From Auanema rhodensis (lineage: Eukaryota; Animalia; Nematoda): 64,000 nucleotides of DNA. Below are positions 56,201-64,000 of the stretch, one piece after another. Numbering within the stretch: position 1 is the first letter of the stretch; the number at the start of each line of letters is the position of its first letter. Location of the stretch: the NCBI GenBank assembly GCA_964057225.1, contig CAXKVF010000075.1:62001-126000 (forward strand), written 5' to 3'. A program made the position numbers and the translations under genes. The notes beneath the pieces are model-generated. The model searched no databases. It was given only the letters and a program-made list of their open reading frames with translations, and had not been told where the DNA came from.

Positions 56201-59200
56201 TCAATAAAAATTTGTTTTTAGACTAATATGGACATGGGGAATCTAATTTTGAAAACCGCATCTCTTTATCTTTCACGTGAAGCGAGTTACATACCAAGTG
56301 CACATCACGTGTACATTTAATTAGCATAAATTAAAGTTCACGTAAATTTCAAAGTCATGGTTACCATGCACCAATATCAATAAAAATTTGTTTTTAGACT
56401 AATATGGACATGGGGAATCTAATTTTGAAAACCGCATCTCTTTATCTTTCACGTGAAGCGAGTTACATACCAAGTGCACATCACGTGTACATTTAATTAG
56501 CATAAATTAAAGTTCACGTAAATTTCAAAGTCATGGTTACCATGCACCAATATCAATAAAAATTTGTTTTTAGACTAATATGGACATGGGGAATCTAATT
56601 TTGAAAACCGCATCTCTTCATCTTTCACGTGAAGCGAGTTACATACCAAGTGCACATCACGTGTACATTTAATTAGCATAAATTAAAGTTCACGTAAATT
56701 TCAAAGTCATGGTTACCATGCACCAATATCAATAAAAATTTGTTTTTAGACTAATATGGACATGGGGAATCTAATTTTGAAAACCGCATCTCTTTATCTT
56801 TCACGTGAAGCGAGTTACATACCAAGTGCACATCACGTGTACATTTAATTAGCATAAATTAAAGTTCACGTAAATTTCAAAGTCATGGTTACCATGCACC
56901 AATATCAATAAAAATTTGTTTTTAGACTAATATGGACATGGGGAATCTAATTTTGAAAACCGCATCTCTTTATCTTTCACGTGAAGCGAGTTACATACCA
57001 AGTGCACATCACGTGTACATTTAATTAGCATAAATTAAAGTTCACGTAAATTTCAAAGTCATGGTTACCATGAACCAATATCAATAAAAATTTGTTTTTA
57101 GACTAATATGGACATGGGGAATCTAATTTTGAAAACCGCATCTCTTTATCTTTCACGTGAAGCGAGTTACATACCAAGTGCACATCACGTGTACATTTAA
57201 TTAGCATAAATTAAAGTTCACGTAAATTTCAAAGTCATGGTTACCATGCACCAATATCAATAAAAATTTGTTTTTAGACTAATATGGACATGGGGAATCT
57301 AATTTTGAAAACCGCATCTCTTTATATTTCACGTGAAGCGAGTTACATACCAAGTGCACATCACGTGTACATTTAATTAGCATAAATTAAAGTTCACGTA
57401 AATTTCAAAGTCATGGTTACCATGCACCAATATCAATAAAAATTTGTTTTTAGACTAATATGGACATGGGGAATCTAATTTTGAAAACCGCATCTCTTCA
57501 TCTTTCACGTGAAGCGAGTTACATACCAAGTGCACATCACGTGTACATTTAATTAGCATAAATTAAAGTTCACGTAAATTTCAAAGTCATGGTTACCATG
57601 CACCAATATCAATAAAAATTTGTTTTTAGACTAATATGGACATGGGGAATCTAATTTTGAAAACCGCATCTCTTTATCTTTCACGTGAAGCGAGTTACAT
57701 ACCAAGTGCACATCACGTGTACATTTAATTAGCATAAATTAAAGTTCACGTAAATTTCAAAGTCATGGTTACCATGCACCAATATCAATAAAAATTTGTT
57801 TTTAGACTAATATGGACATGGGGAATCTAATTTTGAAAACCGCATCTCTTCATCTTTCACGTGAAGCGAGTTACATACCAAGTGCACATCACGTGTACAT
57901 TTAATTAGCATAAATTAAAGTTCACGTAAATTTCAAAGTCATGGTTACCATGCACCAATATCAATAAAAATTTGTTTTTAGACTAATATGGACATGGGGA
58001 ATCTAATTTTGAAAACCGCATCTCTTTATCTTTCACGTGAAGCGAGTTACATACCAAGTGCACATCACGTGTACATTTAATTAGCATAAATTAAAGTTCA
58101 CGTAAATTTCAAAGTCATGGTTACCATGCACCAATATCAATAAAAATTTGTTTTTAGACTAATATGGACATGGGGAATCTAATTTTGAAAACCGCATCTC
58201 TTTATCTTTCACGTGAAGCGAGTTACATACCAAGTGCACATCACGTGTACATTTAATTAGCATAAATTAAAGTTCACGTAAATTTCAAAGTCATGGTTAC
58301 CATGAACCAATATCAATAAAAATTTGTTTTTAGACTAATATGGACATGGGGAATCTAATTTTGAAAACCGCATCTCTTTATCTTTCACGTGAAGCGAGTT
58401 ACATACCAAGTGCACATCACGTGTACATTTAATTAGCATAAATTAAAGTTCACGTAAATTTCAAAGTCATGGTTACCATGCACCAATATCAATAAAAATT
58501 TGTTTTTAGACTAATATGGACATGGGGAATCTAATTTTGAAAACCGCATCTCTTTATCTTTCACGTGAAGCGAGTTACATACCAAGTGCACATCACGTGT
58601 ACATTTAATTAGCATAAATTAAAGTTCACGTAAATTTCAAAGTCATGGTTACCATGCACCAATATCAATAAAAATTTGTTTTTAGACTAATATGGACATG
58701 GGGAATCTAATTTTGAAAACCGCATCTCTTCATCTTTCACGTGAAGCGAGTTACATACCAAGTGCACATCACGTGTACATTTAATTAGCATAAATTAAAG
58801 TTCACGTAAATTTCAAAGTCATGGTTACCATGCACCAATATCAATAAAAATTTGTTTTTAGACTAATATGGACATGGGGAATCTAATTTTGAAAACCGCA
58901 TCTCTTCATCTTTCACGTGAAGCGAGTTACATACCAAGTGCACATCACGTGTACATTTAATTAGCATAAATTAAAGTTCACGTAAATTTCAAAGTCATGG
59001 TTACCATGCACCAATATCAATAAAAATTTGTTTTTAGACTAATATGGACATGGGGAATCTAATTTTGAAAACCGCATCTCTTTATCTTTCACGTGAAGCG
59101 AGTTACATACCAAGTGCACATCACGTGTACATTTAATTAGCATAAATTAAAGTTCACGTAAATTTCAAAGTCATGGTTACCATGCACCAATGTCAATAAA

Positions 59201-62200
59201 AATTTGTTTTTAGACTAATATGGACATGGGGAATCTAATTTTGAAAACCGCATCTCCTTATCTTTCACGTGAAGCGAGTTACATACCAAGTGCACATCAC
59301 GTGTACATTTAATTAGCATAAATTAAAGTTCACGTAAATTTCAAAGTCATGGTTACCATGCACCAATATCAATAAAAATTTGTTTTTAGACTAATATGGA
59401 CATGGGGAATCTAATTTTGAAAACCGCATCTCTTCATCTTTCACGTGAAGCGAGTTACATACCAAGTGCACATCACGTGTACATTTAATTAGCATAAATT
59501 AAAGTTCACGTAAATTTCAAAGTCATGGTTACCATGCACCAATATCAATAAAAATTTGTTTTTAGACTAATATGGACATGGGGAATCTAATTTTGAAAAC
59601 CGCATCTCTTTATCTTTCACGTGAAGCGAGTTACATACCAAGTGCACATCACGTGTACATTTAATTAGCATAAATTAAAGTTCACGTAAATTTCAAAGTC
59701 ATGGTTACAATGCACCAATATCAATAAAAATTTGTTTTTAGACTAATATGGACATGGGGAATCTAATTTTGAAAACCGCATCTCTTTATCTTTCACGTGA
59801 AGCGAGTTACATACCAAGTGCACATCACGTGTACATTTAATTAGCATAAATTAAAGTTCACGTAAATTTCAAAGTCATGGTTACCATGCACCAATGTCAA
59901 TAAAAATTTGTTTTTAGACTAATATGGACATGGGGAATCTAATTTTGAAAACCGCATCTCTTCATCTTTCACGTGAAGCGAGTTACATACCAAGTGCACA
60001 TCACGTGTACATTTAATTAGCATAAATTAAAGTTCACGTAAATTTCAAAGTCATGGTTACCATGCACCAATATCAATAAAAATTTGTTTTTAGACTAATA
60101 TGGACATGGGGAATCTAATTTTGAAAACCGCATCTCTTTATCTTTCACGTGAAGCGAGTTACATACCAAGTGCACATCACGTGTACATTTAATTAGCATA
60201 AATTAAAGTTCACGTAAATTTCAAAGTCATGGTTACCATGAACCAATATCAATAAAAATTTGTTTTTAGGCTAATATGGACATGGGGAATCTAATTTTGA
60301 AAACCGCATCTCTTTATCTTTCACGTGAAGCGAGTTACATACCAAGTGCACATCACGTGTACATTTAATTAGCATAAATTAAAGTTCACGTAAATTTCAA
60401 AGTCATGGTTACCATGCACCAATATCAATAAAAATTTGTTTTTAGACTAATATGGACATGGGGAATCTAATTTTGAAAACCGCATCTCTTTATCTTTCAC
60501 GTGAAGCGAGTTACATACCAAGTGCACATCACGTGTACATTTAATTAGCATAAATTAAAGTTCACGTAAATTTCAAAGTCATGGTTACCATGCACCAATA
60601 TCAATAAAAATTTGTTTTTAGACTAATATGGACATGGGGAATCTAATTTTGAAAACCGCATCTCTTTATCTTTCACGTGAAGCGAGTTACATACCAAGTG
60701 CACATCACGTGTACATTTAATTAGCATAAATTAAAGTTCACGTAAATTTCAAAGTCATGGTTACCATGCACCAATGTCAATAAAAATTTGTTTTTAGACT
60801 AATATGGACATGGGGAATCTAATTTTGAAAACCGCATCTCTTCATCTTTCACGTGAAGCGAGTTACAAACCAAGTGCACATCACGTGTACATTTAATTAG
60901 CATAAATTAAAGTTCACGTAAATTTCAAAGTCATGGTTACCATGCACCAATATCAATAAAAATTTGTTTTTAGACTAATATGGACATGGGGAATCTAATT
61001 TTGAAAACCGCATCTCTTCATCTTTCACGTGAAGCGAGTTACATACCAAGTGCACATCACGTGTACATTTAATTAGCATAAATTAAAGTTCACGTAAATT
61101 TCAAAGTCATGGTTACCATGCACCAATATCAATAAAAATTTGTTTTTAGACTAATATGGACATGGGGAATCTAATTTTGAAAACCGCATCTCTTTATCTT
61201 TCACGTGAAGCGAGTTACATACCAAGTGCACATCACGTGTACATTTAATTAGCATAAATTAAAGTTCACGTAAATTTCAAAGTCATGGTTACCATGCACC
61301 AATGTCAATAAAAATTTGTTTTTAGACTAATATGGACATGGGGAATCTAATTTTGAAAACCGCATCTCTTCATCTTTCACGTGAAGCGAGTTACATACCA
61401 AGTGCACATCACGTGTACATTTAATTAGCATAAATTAAAGTTCACGTAAATTTCAAAGTCATGGTTACCATGAACCAATATCAATAAAAATTTGTTTTTA
61501 GACTAATATGGACATGGGGAATCTAATTTTGAAAACCGCATCTCTTTATCTTTCACGTGAAGCGAGTTACATACCAAGTGCACATCACGTGTACATTTAA
61601 TTAGCATAAATTAAAGTTCACGTAAATTTCAAAGTCATGGTTACCATGCACCAATATCAATAAAAATTTGTTTTTAGACTAATATGGACATGGGGAATCT
61701 AATTTTGAAAACCGCATCTCTTTATCTTTCACGTGAAGCGAGTTACATACCAAGTGCACATCACGTGTACATTTAATTAGCATAAATTAAAGTTCACGTA
61801 AATTTCAAAGTCATGGTTACCATGAACCAATATCAATAAAAATTTGTTTTTAGACTAATATGGACATGGGGAATCTAATTTTGAAAACCGCATCTCTTTA
61901 TCTTTCACGTGAAGCGAGTTACATACCAAGTGCACATCACGTGTACATTTAATTAGCATAAATTAAAGTTCACGTAAATTTCAAAGTCATGGTTACCATG
62001 CACCAATATCAATAAAAATTTGTTTTTAGACTAATATGGACATGGGGAATCTAATTTTGAAAACCGCATCTCTTTATCTTTCACGTGAAGCGAGTTACAT
62101 ACCAAGTGCACATCACGTGTACATTTAATTAGCATAAATTAAAGTTCACGTAAATTTCAAAGTCATGGTTACCATGCACCAATGTCAATAAAAATTTGTT

Positions 62201-64000
62201 TTTAGACTAATATGGACATGGGGAATCTAATTTTGAAAACCGCATCTCTTTATCTTTCACGTGAAGCGAGTTACATACCAAGTGCACATCACGTGTACAT
62301 TTAATTAGCATAAATTAAAGTTCACGTAAATTTCAAAGTCATGGTTACCATGAACCAATATCAATAAAAATTTGTTTTTAGACTAATATGGACATGGGGA
62401 ATCTAATTTTGAAAACCGCATCTCTTTATCTTTCACGTGAAGCGAGTTACATACCAAGTGCACATCACGTGTACATTTAATTAGCATAAATTAAAGTTCA
62501 CGTAAATTTCAAAGTCATGGTTACCATGAACCAATATCAATAAAAATTTGTTTTTAGACTAATATGGACATGGGGAGTCTAATTTTGAAAACCGCATCTC
62601 TTTATCTTTCACGTGAAGCGAGTTACATAACAAGTGCACATCACGTGTACATTTAATTAGCATAAATTAAAGTTCACGTAACTTTCAAAGTCATGGTTAC
62701 CATGCACCAATATCAATAAAAATTTGTTTTTAGACTAATATGGACATGGGGAATCTAATTTTGAAAACCGCATCTCTTTATCTTTCACGTGAAGCGAGTT
62801 ACATACCAAGTGCACATCACGTGTACATTTAATTAGCATAAATTAAAGTTCACGTAAATTTCAAAGTCATGGTTACCATGCACCAATATCAATAAAAATT
62901 TGTTTTTAGACTAATATGGACATGGGGAATCTAATTTTGAAAACCGCATCTCTTTATCTTTCACGTGAAGCGAGTTACATACCAAGTGCACATCACGTGT
63001 ACATTTAATTAGCATAAATTAAAGTTCACGTAAATTTCAAAGTCATGGTTACCATGAACCAATATCAATAAAAATTTGTTTTTAGACTAATATGGACATG
63101 GGGAATCTAATTTTGAAAACCGCATCTCTTTATCTTTCACGTGAAGCGAGTTACATACCAAGTGCACATCACGTGTACATTTAATTAGCATAAATTAAAG
63201 TTCACGTAAATTTCAAAGTCATGGTTACCATGCACCAATATCAATAAAAATTTGTTTTTAAACTAATATGGACATGGGGAATCTAATTTTGAAAACCGCA
63301 TCTCTTTATCTTTCACGTGAAGCAAGTTACATACCAAGTGCACATCACGTGTACATTTAATTAGCATAAATTAAAGTTCACGCAAATTTCAAAGTCATGG
63401 TTACCATGCACCAATATCAATAAAAATTTGTTTTTAGACTAATATGGACATGGGGAATCTAATTTTGAAAACCGCATCTCTTTATCTTTCACGTGAAGCG
63501 AGTTACATACCAAGTGCACATCACGTGTACATTTAATTAGCATAAATTAAAGTTCACGTAAATTTCAAAGTCATGGTTACCATGCACCAATATCAATAAT
63601 AATTTGTTTTTAGACTAATATGGACATGGGGAATCTAATTTTGAAAACCGCATCTCTTTATCTTTCACGTGAAGCGAGTTACATACCAAGTGCACATCAC
63701 GTGTACATTTAATTAGCATAAATTAAAGTTCACGTAAATTTCAAAGTCATGGTTACCATGAACCAATATCAATAAAAATTTGTTTTTAGACTAATATGGA
63801 CATGGGGAATCTAATTTTGAAAACCGCATCTCTTTATCTTTCACGTGAAGCGAGTTACATACCAAGTGCACATCACGTGTACATTTAATTAGCATAAATT
63901 AAAGTTCACGTAAATTTCAAAGTCATGGTTACCATGAACCAATATCAATAAAAATTTGTTTTTAGACTAATATGGACATGGGGAATCTAATTTTGAAAAC

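Larger units (their letters stand above)
1..64000. repeat. Tandem satellite DNA array, 176-bp monomer, ~363 head-to-tail copies; candidate centromeric/pericentromeric satellite; extends beyond both window edges
   Basis: TACATTTAATTAGC recurs at 1, 177, 353, 529 and onward. The 60-base line pattern recurs every 2640 bp (15x176), e.g. lines 20221, 22861 ... 49261. No non-satellite sequence and no inversion were seen. The centromeric role is inferred from length, AT content and homogeneity only. Confidence 0.98.

Noticed and set aside
1-64000. CRISPR array or other repeat-spacer system
   Set aside because: There are no unique spacers. The entire 176-bp unit is repeated, and no cas or other genes are present.
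1-64000. A fixed-period 15-mer (2640 bp) HOR, or information encoded in the 58 A/C pattern
   Set aside because: The 2640-bp recurrence is a formatting effect (least common multiple of 60 and 176). Variant order is explained by irregular nested duplications.
1-64000. Whole window as a rolling-circle or concatemer sequencing artefact
   Set aside because: Shared SNVs form hierarchical, heritable block patterns that repeated reading of one template would not produce.

Overview
The whole 64-kb window is one uninterrupted head-to-tail satellite DNA array of a 176-bp AT-rich monomer (~32% GC; ~363 copies; same orientation throughout; typically 0-2 substitutions per copy versus consensus). Consensus, phase set at base 1: TACATTTAATTAGCATAAATTAAAGTTCACGTAAATTTCAAAGTCATGGTTACCATG(C/A)ACCAATATCAATAAAAATTTGTTTTTAGACTAATATGGACATGGGGAATCTAATTTTGAAAACCGCATCTCTTTATCTTTCACGTGAAGCGAGTTACATACCAAGTGCACATCACGTG. 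Monomer length, AT content and homogeneity fit a eukaryotic centromeric or pericentromeric satellite. I do not recognise the family or the organism. There are no credible genes, RNA genes, mobile elements or CRISPR arrays. The points of interest are: (i) a dense set of short dyads and CACGTG E-boxes in the monomer; (ii) one rearranged 171-bp monomer at 20063-20233 (53-bp deletion plus 48-bp tandem duplication) lying at the junction of a 5-monomer duplication; (iii) nested higher-order duplications of about 2, 5, 8, 16, 24, 35 and ~110 monomers, traced by shared SNVs; (iv) regional variant domains; and (v) two homopolymer-indel-rich patches that probably reflect sequencing or consensus error. 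Variant positions were read by eye and should be confirmed by alignment.
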